From positions 62,806,001 through 62,870,000 of the forward strand of contig NC_043004.1 of assembly GCF_006345805.1 (NCBI RefSeq): 64,000 nucleotides of DNA, in the 5' to 3' direction. Shown here piece after piece: positions 1 through 12,720 of the stretch. The DNA comes from Octopus sinensis. Its lineage: Eukaryota. Position 1 is the stretch's first letter; every line of letters begins with the position of its first letter. The notes under the pieces are model-generated. The model ran no database searches and was not told the origin of the DNA. It was given only the letters and a program-made list of their open reading frames with translations. Made by a program: the position numbers and the translations under genes.

Positions 1-1313
<1,313 letters not shown>

Positions 1314-1666
1314 GTGAAAAAACGGTATGGACGTTTTGTTTTGGTGTATCGCTATGCCACACTCGACTATGAGGATTTACCTTCCCAATGAAACTCGTTT
1401 TTTTCCAAAACTTTTTCTGAAACCTGCTATAATGTAATACATGTCTTTGGTGTGGTAATTGTACACGGCTGAAGAAGGCTGTTGACCTACATGTTATATC
1501 AATTATGCATTGATATAAATTGTTCAATAAAGCCAGAAACATATGCATCGCAAAATCCTTTGCATCCTGTTTTTCTTTTGATGAATATATATATGTATAT
1601 ATATATATATTTATATATATATATATATATGCACACATACATATATATACATATGTGTCCACATAC

Positions 1667-1707
<41 letters not shown>

Positions 1708-2344
1708 ATATTCTAAAACACTTTAACTCGTTGTTTTTCTGAGGTAATTTTATGCTGGATAATTTCAGAGATAATGTGATGTCTTAATTCTGAAAGCTTA
1801 CGATTACATCTCAATCATTCTAAGCTTGTGTATGAATCCATTTCAACATAACATTATTACATAATAGATTTCGACATCAAATCCATTATGTATTCATGGG
1901 CTTTTATGTTCTTTCGTTATATAGCTTGCAGATTCAAATGCGTTTTGTTTGAAGCCGATATAGAAGTGATCAATTTGAGAAGAAGGCCAAATGAGTAACG
2001 TCATTTTCAGCGCATCTACACATACCGCATTTGTTTGTGAATAATCGTATTAGTTTCCAAAGGAAATCCGTTTTATAAGTGTGGTCTCAAATTTTCAAAG
2101 GCTTGCCAATATATTCTCATCGAATGTTCCCACACGAGTTTAATTTTCAAGATAGATACCTTTTCGGTCATCACACTTCATCCATCGGTGTTGCCGTTCT
2201 AGGATATTTGCTGCACAAGCTGAATCGGCATGAAGGTATATTAGTATTTGCTGCGACATAAGCAGCCTGCTGCAGTTTCAATCAGTTGTCAGAAGACATG
2301 AAACCCACAGGGCAGAAAACTTCGTCTTTCCAATATTCATTGTG

Positions 2345-2510
2345 CAGAATATTCTCAACTTTATTTACATTATTTACATTTGGCAGATATTTGTCCTCAT
2401 CATGTTTGTTGTTAACACAATGTTTTGGTTGATATACCCTCCAGCCTTCATCGGTTGTCTTGGATAAACTTCGAACCTGGGTTCTCATTCCTAAGGTATT
2501 TTTCGATGTT
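2345..2510 (-). mobile_element. Short Penelope-type terminal repeat with degenerate hammerhead motif
   Basis: Minus strand reads ...ccaagacaaCCGATGA-A-GGCTG-gagggtatat-CAACC-AAAAC-attgtgttaacaacaaacatgatgaggacaaatatctgccaaatgtaaataatg. Homologous to 6431-6540 (+). Confidence 0.65.
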
Positions 2511-2530
2511 ATTATTATTATTATTATTAT

Positions 2531-2903
2531 TTTCCTCCTTTCTTCAAATCTTCTTCCGTTTCTCGCCGAGTGTTTTCCGTACACATAGGGCAGAGAAGCT
2601 CATTGTATGCATTCCTAGATTGCACACGCAAATTCACAGTGAAATATGTGTTTAAAAAATTAATAAATAAATACATTCATGAATGGATGTTGTTTTCACA
2701 GCGATAGTGCTCCTCTCAGTACCTGAGCCGTTCCAGTTAACACGATTTTTTTTGCACTTCATGTAGGGATGGTAATCCTGGAATCATTTTCAAATAGGTT
2801 TCAGTAACGTTTTCATCATTCCTAGAGATCCTACAATCACTGGCCTTGAAATGCCACATTTTTTCAATTTCTATTAGCAAGTCTTTATAATAATGATCTT
2901 GTC
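2531..2903 (-). mobile_element. R4/Dong-type LINE, very short 5'-truncated copy
   Basis: Minus strand encodes DK...YKDLLIEIEKMWHFKA and PGLPSLHEVQK.VLTGTAQVLRGALSL, homologous to the C-terminus of the long copy. The 3' UTR resembles 2918-3080. Flanked on both sides by (TAA)n. Confidence 0.8.
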
Positions 2904-2917
2904 ATTATTATTATTAT

Positions 2918-5172
2918 TTTTTTGTTCTTCTTTCAAATTTGCTTCAATTTCTTGCCGAGTGTCTTCCCGAATCCTAGGGCAAAGAAACTCATAGTATACA
3001 TTGGTAGGCCATTAAACCAAACTCAATAGTTCGTTCATTTTTTTTTAAGTTAAATTAAAATACATGAGCAGCAACAGTTCTCACATCGACAATGCTCTTC
3101 TCAATACGTGTGATGTACCAGTTAAGACAATCTTTTGCACTTCTTGCAGGGATGGTAAGCCAGCGATCATTCTCATATAATTTTAGGTTCCCTTCTTGAT
3201 CATTCCTAGTGCTCCTACGATCACTGGTATTGTAACCGCCTTGAGATGCCACATTTTCTCAATTTCAATGAGTAGGTCTTTATATTTTCTGAGCTTGTCA
3301 AACTCTTTCGCTGAGATATTATGATCACAGGGGATGCTCATGTCGATCAATAAGCAAACATTATTGTTTTGGTCTTTCACAACAATATCTGGTTTATTGG
3401 CCTTGATGGTTCGGTCTGTATGTACTGGAAAGTCCCGCAGAATGGTTACATTTTCTCCTTCAGTTACAGCCTCAGGGTGGTGATTATACCACTTGTCGGC
3501 AGTTTTGATATCGTAATGCCGACTTATTAGCCAGTGTAGATATTGGCCAACTCTGTCATGTCTTAATTTATACTCCACTGGTGTTAAGACTTTACATCCA
3601 GAGATTAGGTGGTCCACTGTTTCAATCATGTCGTTGGAGAATCGGCATTTTGGGTCTGCTCCATTTTTTATCACATTGGCCTGGTAGTTCCGGGTTAATA
3701 GGCTTTGATCTTGAGCAGCCAGGATGAAACCTTCGCTCTCTGCTTTTAGCCCTGAGCTCCGTAGCCACTGATGGGTTTGCTTCTGGTCAACATCAGCATG
3801 TTTGCTGCGGGCCACATATTTGCCGTGCAGAGGTTTCTCCGCCCACCTATCAGCCGATTGCTCGTGCACTTTTTTCGTTGCCATTATTTTCACCTTCTTT
3901 GCAACAATAGTTGCCGTACTTCCCTCGGGTTGTTCAGTTTGGGTATCCTGCACGAGATCAATAGCAATTTCTTTGCTTTCCTTTATGATAGAATGAAGCT
4001 TCTTTCGTCTCTCGTGATTTCCCACGAGCTTTAGCATCCAGTCATTCGTTATTTCGAGATATGTGGCCAGTCCAATTGTGGTTGTTTTGTAAGCTAGTTC
4101 AAATTGGATCAGGCCTCGACCTCCTTGGGCTCTGGGAAGGTAAAGGCGATCTACGTCTGCCTTTGGGTGGTGCATCCTATTACAACTCAGCAGCTTGCGT
4201 ATTTTCCTATCTATATTCTTTACTTCACTCATATTCCAGTTCAACACGTTGTAGCTATAAGTAACAACTGGAACTGCTATGGAATTTATAGCTAACACCT
4301 TGTTACGTGCATTTAGTTCAGATTTCAGGACTGCACGAACTCTCCTATAACATTCCTTTCTGATCTTCTCTTTCATGCTTGCATGCTGAATACCAGAGCC
4401 TTCATTTATCCCTAAATATTTGTATGTTTGTTCTTGCTCAAGCTCTCTTATGACTGTGTCAACATCTAACACGACTGAATTTGTGGTCTTCACTTTCCCT
4501 TTCTGGAAAGTGGCCTTGGCACACTTCTCAAGTCCAAACTCCATCCCAATGTCATCGCTGAATGCTTTCACAGTGCGCAATAGGCCTTCAAGTTCATTAT
4601 TGTCTTTACCATAAAGTTTTAAGTCATCCATATAAAATAGATGGCTTATTTTATAGCAATTTTATAGCCATACCCTGTTCTGTTTAATTCACTTGTAAGG
4701 AGTATTAGGGCTATGCAGAATATTAAAGGTGAAAGTGAGTCACCTTGAAAAATTCCACATTTGATGTTTATATTTTCTGAGGCAAGTACTCCATTAGAGT
4801 GGTATAATTGGAGATTCGTATTCCACAACGACATATTGTGCTTGAGGAAGTTTGAAATCACAGGGGAAATTTTGAAGATGTCCAGCGATCTCAAGATCCA
4901 TGGATGTGGTATACTGTCGAAGGCCTTTTTATAGTCAATCCATGCGGAGCTGAGATTTCTGCGCTTGTTGTGACAGTTCTCAAGTATCATGCGATTAATT
5001 AGCAGTTGATCTTTGCATGCGTAAGAGCCTCGGCGGCACCCTTTTTGTTCAGTGGGGAAAATATCATTCTTCTCCATGAATGCATGTTTTCTCCGCCAGG
5101 ATAGATGTTAGGATTTTATACGTGGTGGATAGACAGGTTATAGGCCGATAGTTGTTTGGAAAGTTGGTTTCG

Positions 5173-5173
<1 letters not shown>
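2918..5173 (-). mobile_element. R4/Dong-clade non-LTR retrotransposon (RT + CCHC + restriction-like endonuclease), 5'-truncated and decayed
   Basis: RT motifs NYRPITCL, EQKGC, IDYKKAFDS, GIFQGDSLSP, FYMDDLKLY, GMEFGLEKC, YKYLGI. Zinc knuckle CRFS(x)nETVDHLISGC with one Cys lost. RLE KPDIVV...LIDMSIP...K..KYKDL. Frameshifts near 5090 and 4640, nonsense codon at 3183, natural stop at 3081-3083. Both ends abut (TAA)n. Confidence 0.92.
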
Positions 5174-5238
<65 letters not shown>

Positions 5239-5241
<3 letters not shown>

Positions 5242-5437
5242 TAGTTTTATTTTTATAGCGTGCTTTCACTTCACTACCGAGCGCAGCTCTGTGTGCCTTG
5301 GGTATGTGCTGTGATTGTTGTGATGCTCTGATGATTATTGTATGGAAAGTGTTCTGCGTAGGATGTGTGCAGTGCCTAGTAGTGCAATTTTCTGTATGTT
5401 ATACTACTAGGCACTGCACACATCCTACTAGTATAAC
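5239..5437 (-). mobile_element. Second R4/Dong family, 3'-end fragment (copy 1 of a 356-bp tandem duplication)
   Basis: Minus strand encodes NIQKIALLGTAHILRRTLSIQ*, homologous to EVQKIVLTGTSHVLRRALSM* of the long copy. Followed by a ~100-nt 3' UTR and (TAA)n tail. Confidence 0.8.
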
Positions 5438-5451
5438 TATTATTATTATTA

Positions 5452-5499
<48 letters not shown>

Positions 5500-5519
5500 C
5501 ATCATCATCATCATCATCA

Positions 5520-5594
<75 letters not shown>

Positions 5595-5597
<3 letters not shown>

Positions 5598-5793
5598 TAG
5601 TTTTATTTTTATAGCGTGCTTTCACTTCACTACCGAGCGCAGCTCTGTGTGCCTTGGGTATGTGCTGTGATTGTTGTGATGCTCTGATGATTATTGTATG
5701 GAAAGTGTTCTGCGTAGGATGTGTGCAGTGCCTAGTAGTGCAATTTTCTGTATGTTATACTACTAGGCACTGCACACATCCTACTAGTATAAC
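5595..5793 (-). mobile_element. Second R4/Dong family, 3'-end fragment (copy 2)
   Basis: Unique part appears identical to 5239-5437, offset by 356 nt. Confidence 0.8.
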
Positions 5794-5807
5794 TATTATT
5801 ATTATTA

Positions 5808-5858
<51 letters not shown>

Positions 5859-5967
5859 CATCATCATCATCATCATCATCATTATTATTATTATTATTAT
5901 TATTTATTATTATTATTATTATTATATTATTATTATTATTATTATATTATTATTATCATTATTATTA

Positions 5968-5997
<30 letters not shown>

Positions 5998-6003
<6 letters not shown>

Positions 6004-6150
6004 TCACTACATTGAATCGAATTCGGAATCTTGAGGTTAGTAGACCGCGCTCTTAACCACGACGCCATATTCTCGTGGGTGAGGTGGTTAAGAGTAGGGT
6101 GTGCTAACGCCAAGATTCCGAGTTCGATGCCACGCAGTGACGTGAATATC
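5998..6150. mobile_element. Two head-to-head ~75-bp tRNA-derived short elements with (TAA)/(CAA) tails
   Basis: Minus copy: TGGCGTCGTGGTTAAGAGCGCGGTCTACTAACCTCAAGATTCCGAATTCGATTCAATGTAGTGACCTGAATAATAAT. Plus copy: GTGAGGTGGTTAAGAGTAGGGTGTGCTAACGCCAAGATTCCGAGTTCGATGCCACGCAGTGACGTGAATATCAACAAC. Both have A-box- and B-box-like motifs. Confidence 0.65.
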
Positions 6151-6290
6151 AACAACAACAACAATAAAAATAACAATAATAATAATATAATAATAATTAT
6201 AATAATGATAATATAATAATAATAATAAATAATAATAATGATAATAATCATAATAATAATAATAATAAAATAATAATAATAATAATAATC

Positions 6291-6329
<39 letters not shown>

Positions 6330-6343
6330 TAATATAATAATAA

Positions 6344-6374
<31 letters not shown>

Positions 6375-6430
6375 AAGAAGAAGAAGAAGAAGAAGAAGAA
6401 GAAGAAGAAGAAGAAGAAGAAGAAGAAGAA
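6151..6430. repeat. (CAA)/(TAA)n followed by (GAA)n microsatellite
   Basis: Direct reading. Confidence 0.95.
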
Positions 6431-6540
6431 ATTTCGCCAAGACACCTGATGAAATCTGGAGGGTATATCAGCCGAAAAGTTGTGCTTACAACAAACAAGA
6501 TGAAGACAAGTATCCGTCAAATGTAAATAATGTGAATAAT
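6431..6540 (+). mobile_element. Short Penelope-type terminal repeat with hammerhead motif
   Basis: gacac-CTGATGA-A-ATCTG-gagggtatat-CAGCC-GAAAA-GTT-gtgct at 6441-6485. Stem I gacac/gtgct partly retained, stem II damaged. Same family as 2345-2510. Confidence 0.7.
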
Positions 6541-7929
6541 TCCTAATCTCTTAAATATAGAACAGTATTCTCAACTCTCTCGAATTTGCCATTTGATTTA
6601 TAGTCCATCGTGCATGGCATCCATCACCATCAATGATTTTCATGGTAGTGGCAGTTGCAGGCGGTCCAGACCTTGTGTCACCTTGAACACTCTCAACTAA
6701 GCTCACTTTCAGCTGCCCACTTTTGCATTCTTGATGAGTCCCCTAATATAGCATAAATATTGTTCTGGTCTAACCGCATTTCATGCAGGTACTTTATAAC
6801 AAAATTCTGCCAATTTTTGTTGATTTTCCAGAGAAATTGCAATTAGTCGCTTTTGATAATTTCTTTGAACACTCAGGTGTCACTTTACCTGGAACAATAT
6901 AAAGCACTTGTAAGCATAAGGAATTAATGTATGCAGCATTTCTCGGCTCTGCCCTCAATGCGGACCAGAGACTTTTCAGCCCTCTTTCGTTCCACGGATC
7001 ATTTCACTACAGTTTAAACCAACATTACGAGAAACTGAATTTTTTTCGTACTCTTTTTTGTCAGAGTTATTTTATAACGAGAGCGTGTTGTACTCTAATA
7101 TAAAATACAAAGTTATATATACAACATTACGATAGACTAACACGACATCGCTCTCTAAGATAGAAGTCTGAAATGTACTCTTATACAAACCAGATGAGTA
7201 ATAATTCTTTTTCTTTAATATTTTGTTACCTTTTCTTTGTAATATTGAAATAAGTACTGTAAAAATTATTGAGTTCCATAGAAATTCACTGAAATTACTT
7301 GAAGGCAATTCCCTAGAATTTGATGCATTCCAAAAGAGAACCCATTAAAACCGCAGAATACAAGAATATTAAAGAAAGAATAAATATATGATATTTTGGC
7401 AAGTTATTATTATTTTCTTTTTGTCGAAGGACGACTGTTTCAAAAGCTAATGTTGCTTTTCAGCACACTAACATATTTCACTATTTGACTTTCATCGAAT
7501 TGACACTTTTTAGAATATAATTACCCTTGCTGCTTGGAATTCAAGTGATTTATACGAGGAATTTTGGAATCAATGCAATGTTTCTAGTACTATACCATTA
7601 ATCCAGCTGCCAAACCAGAAATGATTTCTGTTGTTTTTACAACCAGTTTTCAAATGCTTTTTTTATAATTCTTTTACTTCGTCTGCCAATAATGGTGAAA
7701 ATATCACGACTTCTGCAGCTCTTACAACCGATGCTTTTAATCTGCCTCATTAGCTCTTTTACTAAGTCTTATTGTGATATCTTTAGTGAAATTACATCCT
7801 TCCGACATTTTTACTACTTAAGCCCACACTGTTTTTTTTTTGTCATTGATCACCTTGTCTTTATATTTAATGTTTTCAATAAAGTGTTGAAAATGACGGT
7901 ATGATAGACATAATTACTTTATGAATATT

Positions 7930-7993
7930 AATCAATGCATAAGAAACCGGCCTCCTAAACCGGGGATATTGGGTTCGAATCTCGTGAGAGGTA
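7930..7993 (+). pseudogene. tRNA-Arg(CCT)-derived pseudogene or SINE head
   Basis: ATGCATAAGAAACCGGC-CTCCTAA-ACCGG-GGATATTGGGTTCGAATCTC resembles metazoan tRNA-Arg(CCT) in the D-loop, anticodon arm and T-loop. The acceptor stem cannot be formed. Confidence 0.55.
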
Positions 7994-8013
7994 TATCAAT
8001 TATTTCAAGCACA

Positions 8014-8207
8014 GAAGTGGCTGTGTAGTAAGAAGTTTGCTTTCTAACCACGTAGTACCAGTTTCAATCTCACTGAGTAGCATCGTGGGATATTGGCTTC
8101 CACTATAGCATCAGACCGACCAAAGACTTATCAGTGGATTTGGTAGACGGAAACCGGAACAAGCCCTTAGTATATTTATATATATATGTGTGTGTTTGTG
8201 AGTGTGT

Positions 8208-8249
<42 letters not shown>

Positions 8250-8495
8250 ATATTTCAGAGAGAGAGAGAGAGAAAAGAGAGAGATACGGAAAGGGAGTTT
8301 CTGTGTGTCCTCCAAGGCGGCTTGACAGTTGATTTTGGTGTGTTTACGTCCCCGTAATCTAAGGGTTCGGTAAGAAAACCGACTGAATAAGTGCCGGACT
8401 TAAAGAAAAATAAGTACTAGGATTGATCTATTCTTCAAGGCGGTGCATAAGTGTGGTTGCAATCTAATGACAGAAAGAAATAACAGATAAAAAGC
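8014..8495 (+). mobile_element. SINE family A (abundant octopus-type SINE with internal microsatellite), diverged copy
   Basis: Homologous to 10598-11003: GTGGCTGTGT(A/G)GTAAG head, GTGGATTTGGTAGACGGAAAC core, internal (TG)n/(GA)n, GGTGTGTTTACGTCCCCGTAA and AAGGCGGTGC 3' part. Confidence 0.8.
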
Positions 8496-9819
8496 AACGA
8501 TAGCGGTAGGAATGAAATAAAATATTGTTATTCAAAATGTGGTCGTGTAGTGCTGTTGCTTTCTTACTGTTTTATATTTGAAATTTAAGTTTTCATTAGA
8601 AAAACATCAGCAAATTTTTATTTAAACATTAAAAGTTGTCTGCTGAAACCGATAGTAGTCTTCTTCTATCTGTAAAACAATGAAGAGTAAAGTTTGGATA
8701 TGTTCGTATTTTATACGGAGAAGAGAAATTTGGCAGTTGAAAATATCTGTTCTATCCCAGCAAAAAGAGTCTGCCTGAAAATATAGTTGACCTTTTTGTT
8801 GCATACTAGAATATTTTTCCGTTCATGAAATCGTCTATCATAAACTTCTTCACAATTGATTTTAGAATCATGTGGGAACTCAATCACTTTTCCCAGCTGT
8901 ATCAGCCAACTCGTGCCGAGCACCTCTCTCGTAGACATATAGATTTATGCACTTTCGTATGTGTAGAAAGGTAATAACGTTCTATCGCACAGCCAAGCGG
9001 AGGACATTTAAACAAATTTCCATCTTAGAACAGACTACTTGTAAACATCCAGTAACTCATTCCTAGCGTTTTCGTGACGCCAAAAACCCAATATCGCTGT
9101 AAATTTGACCCACGCTTGCATCTACGAAAAATAGACGAACTGTGTAAAGATGGGGCAGACGTGACTCAAGTGAGCAAACCAAGAATATGCATGCATGTAT
9201 TTCGACTATAATATTAAATAAATACGAGAATTATAAGAGACTAGAAACAACAGAAGCTAAATAAATTCGTGGATATTTTAAATGTATTTTAAATTACTAA
9301 ATTACTTCAAGCGATCGCTAATTCATTTGATTTAAAAAGCTAACGAGTACCATTCTATGTTAGTAACTTAAATATTTATGAATTTCCTATCCTTTTATAC
9401 ACTTTAGCCACAAGGCTGTGGCCTTTGTCTTCTATACCTGTATTAGTTTTTAGAGGTTACGATAGTTCTTCCTCATATGTGTATCTAAACGTTTATATTG
9501 ACTTTTCATCATATTGCTCTTTTAAATGTTATATGAGTTTCATAGTGGATGTCAGTTATCAAACGACTCGTATAAAATGACATAATGATAAAATAAAATC
9601 TTACTTGCTTGTCGCCACTATTTGGCTTCGCAATAATGTTAGAAAGTGTCATCATTTTACAAAGCTTTATATATCTGAACGCATTTTATTCACAGAGACT
9701 CTGTACCATTCAGTATAGAGTTGTAGCTAAAATCCAGTACTTCAAGTGAGATCTCTTTTACTACGCAGATTGCAAGAAGGGCTTTGTAACTACATGTGGA
9801 TTGTTTGCGATTTTTTCCT

Positions 9820-9990
9820 CCGTCTTCCTCTTCTCATGGCTTTTCCTCTGTCTCCTCTCTATGAAGAAGAGCTTTGCTCGAAACATAAAACACCCATTCT
9901 TTCCTTCTCTGAGCGTCTTTTAATACTTTGCTTGTACCACGTCCTCACGTTGTTATTTTTCTGTTTTTTCTTCGTGTTTTCTTTTGTTTA
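9820..9990 (+). mobile_element. Penelope-type 3' terminal fragment with hammerhead motif
   Basis: ATGAAGA-A-GAGC-TTT-GCTC-GAAAC-ATA at 9861-9887 inside a pyrimidine-rich tract running into (TA)n. Same layout as 769-865 and 48770-49065. Confidence 0.55.
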
Positions 9991-9992
9991 TG

Positions 9993-10078
<86 letters not shown>

Positions 10079-10148
10079 CACACACATACACACACACATA
10101 TATATATTACATACATAATATATGTATATATTCATATGTACATATATG

Positions 10149-10180
<32 letters not shown>

Positions 10181-10597
10181 ATGAATGTTATATTAATAAA
10201 TATATATACTAATATATGTGCATATATATATATATGTGTGTGTGTGTGTGAGTGTGATTTGTGTGGTTTGTATCTCTATAGATAGGTATCTGTATAGATA
10301 TGTATGTGTATTGTTGTTTATTTGTAAATGAGGAAAATGTAAAGATATTCACTAGTTAAGTTCCTCACGTATTTTATATTATGGCAAGCATTAAGTAATT
10401 AGGATTAAAGGAATCAGAGTCACAGAAGACACCGACGGCAAGGTACATGCAGGCAATACTACTTTCCCAAAAAATTATTATAAGTGATGAGTACTAAACT
10501 ATCCAAATACTCAATAGTTCGACATAGATTCCTCATATAACTAAGAACTTTACAATACCATCCGCACGATCTACGACGGAATAAATCATTCATCACA

Positions 10598-11003
10598 GGC
10601 GCAGGAGTGGCTGTGTGGTAAGTAGCTTGCTTACCAACCACATGGTTCCGGGTTCACTCCCACTGCGTGGCACCTTGGGCAAGTGTCTTCTGCTATAGCC
10701 TCGGGACGACCAAAGCCTTGTGAGTGGATTTGGTAGACGGAAACTGAAAGAAACCCGTCGTATATATGTATATGTATATATATCTGTGTGTATGTGTATG
10801 TTTGTGTTTGTCCTCCTAGCATTGCTTGACAACCAATGCTGGTGTGTTTATGTTCCCGTCACTCGGTGGTTCGGCAAAATAGACCAATAGAATAAGTACT
10901 GGGCTTACAAAGAATAAGTCCCGGGATCGAGTTGCTCGATTAAAGGCGGTGCTCCAGCATGGCCGCTGTCAAATGACTGAAACAAGTAAAAGAGTAAAGA
11001 GAG
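10598..11003 (+). mobile_element. SINE family A, near full-length young copy
   Basis: tRNA-like head GGCGCAGGAGTGGCTGTGTGGTAAG...GGTTCCGGGTTCACTCC, core GGCACCTTGGGCAAGTGTCTTC, internal TA/TG microsatellite, 3' tail GGCGGTGCTCCAGCATGGCC...TGACTGAAACAAGTAAAAGAGTAAAGAG. Confidence 0.9.
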
Positions 11004-12539
11004 TATAGCCTAACATTGATGGAAAAGAACAGCAATCTCTTTGTTTCTGATACTGCTACTTGCTTTTCATAGATATTATGAAGGTTTAGTGGTAAAGATA
11101 TTTATGTCCTGATTATAGAGGGTGGATAATTCAATACTTGGAAGTGGCGCACTTTAGAATGTGTCCATGAGGAAGAAACTATATCTTGTGTTCAATATTG
11201 AACCAGTTTCTAGTGCGGCCGTGTCATTCTTAAGCCAAGACATCGTCACCTGATTGTGACCCTGATTAAAGTGTGAAGAAACCTGTGGTAAGTATATGTA
11301 ATTTAGTGTGAACTGCACTTTTAATGAACATAGGGGAATTATTCAGAGAAATACGTTTATTATGTATTCCGTGTGGGCATTCATATCGATAGTAAAGCGG
11401 AAAATGATCAGTATTGTAATGTAACTCAAAGAATGTGTAAAGCATAAAGCCTTTTCATTAATATGTCATCTATGCGTGATTGTTCGTATAAAGGCTATTG
11501 TGTTAATCTAAGCTTGATGAATAATATAATATGCTGAAGCCTGCTTCCACGTGTTGTTGACTAAAAATAATTATAAAATATATTTAGAAATCAAAGGAAT
11601 TCCTAGAAATGAATATCTAAGTTTGTTTTCAAAAGTATGTTGATCTAATTACGTTTGACACAAGACACGTGGAAGTTCCTGTTCATTCTACACATTTGTG
11701 TAAACATCCAATAAGGCCAAAACATACAACACGCATATAAGTGACTACATATAAATGGATCTTTGTCACATTTCACGTTTACTATTTCAGTTGTTTCTAG
11801 GAAAACATAACTACCTACACATTGTATTATTTTGGCAGACAACCGGACAGTTTATGCTATCTTCAGGATAAATTAGCGTCTGAAATAGTGTAACATGATG
11901 AGCGGAAGATTAAAATTTTGAATTAGAGATTCATTCTTTCTGTTGGAACATTACACTCTGTGTACCCACATGATTATAGACGATGCAATACTGTGTGGCC
12001 GTATTCTGAAGCATATAATTACGAATTGTATTTTTTAACCATGCAGCCAAGTTTAGATAATAAACATAATCATCTTTCGATGCATATTTAGATGCATTCT
12101 CGTAAATCCAAAGCACTATCGGAAAATAGTAATTACTTATTTTTATTCTTCATGTAGGGTAAAAATACAAACAAAGGCGATTACATTTACTTCACTTACG
12201 CATCACGTAAGACTGGAGATTGAAATGAAATAGTTTCTTCTGTAATAGAGCCTTTATATATAATACAAGTAGCATATACAGTTGATAATATTATTAATAT
12301 TTGTTTCTTTTTTTTTCTTAAGAAATTCTTCATTTTCCCCATGCGCTTCATCATGTTATACAGCACTCTACTTTCAGCTGCTTCCTTAATGTCTTCCTTA
12401 GCACATAGGTTGATTTTGATCCAATGAGCAGAATTTCGTGCGACAATTTCCCATCATATCCCAGGACAAAAAAATACAGCATTGTAATGAAATTCCGGTA
12501 GATAGAAACTAAGTATATCTCCTGACGTATTAATATTTC

Positions 12540-12720
12540 TTAAACGGTGTACGTAGTCCGTCGTCCATTATACACCATGTCACCTTCGAGGTACATTCTC
12601 TAGCGTTTACTCTGATGCAGTCCATCGGTTTAATATTGTAAAAATGGCAATCCTTGAAAACATTTGTATATATTAAATCAAAGACGGTGCTAATATTTAT
12701 GAAACTAGCCATAATAAATT
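12540..12720 (-). mobile_element. Possible mariner transposase C-terminal remnant
   Basis: Minus strand gives CIRVN followed, after a frameshift, by YLEGD, resembling the mariner end CI...G.YFEGD. Short and degenerate. Confidence 0.3.

Noticed and set aside
3771-4614. + strand ORFs overlapping the Dong LINE; likewise 17990-18477, 23642-24029 and 25139-25399
   Set aside because: Antisense shadows of transposon coding sequence.
5298-6520. Poly-Leu/Ile/Tyr/Ser/Phe ORFs, also 28479-29086 (YLSI repeats) and 35593-36156 (poly-N/D/I)
   Set aside because: Trinucleotide and GATA microsatellite translations with no domain or splice evidence.
7930-7993. Functional tRNA-Arg gene; also the tRNA-like heads at 5998-6150 and in the SINEs
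   Set aside because: Acceptor stem cannot form and there is no terminator T-run; treated as pseudogene or SINE heads.
8620-8940. Minus-strand peptide FAGIEQIFSTAKFLF resembling a hAT dimerisation motif
   Set aside because: Too short and degenerate, with no TIRs or other hAT motifs; needs a profile search.
11941-12090. Frame reading HDYRRCNTVWPYSEAYNY, reminiscent of a GPCR ECL2
   Set aside because: No TM5 follows and I found no convincing splice sites.
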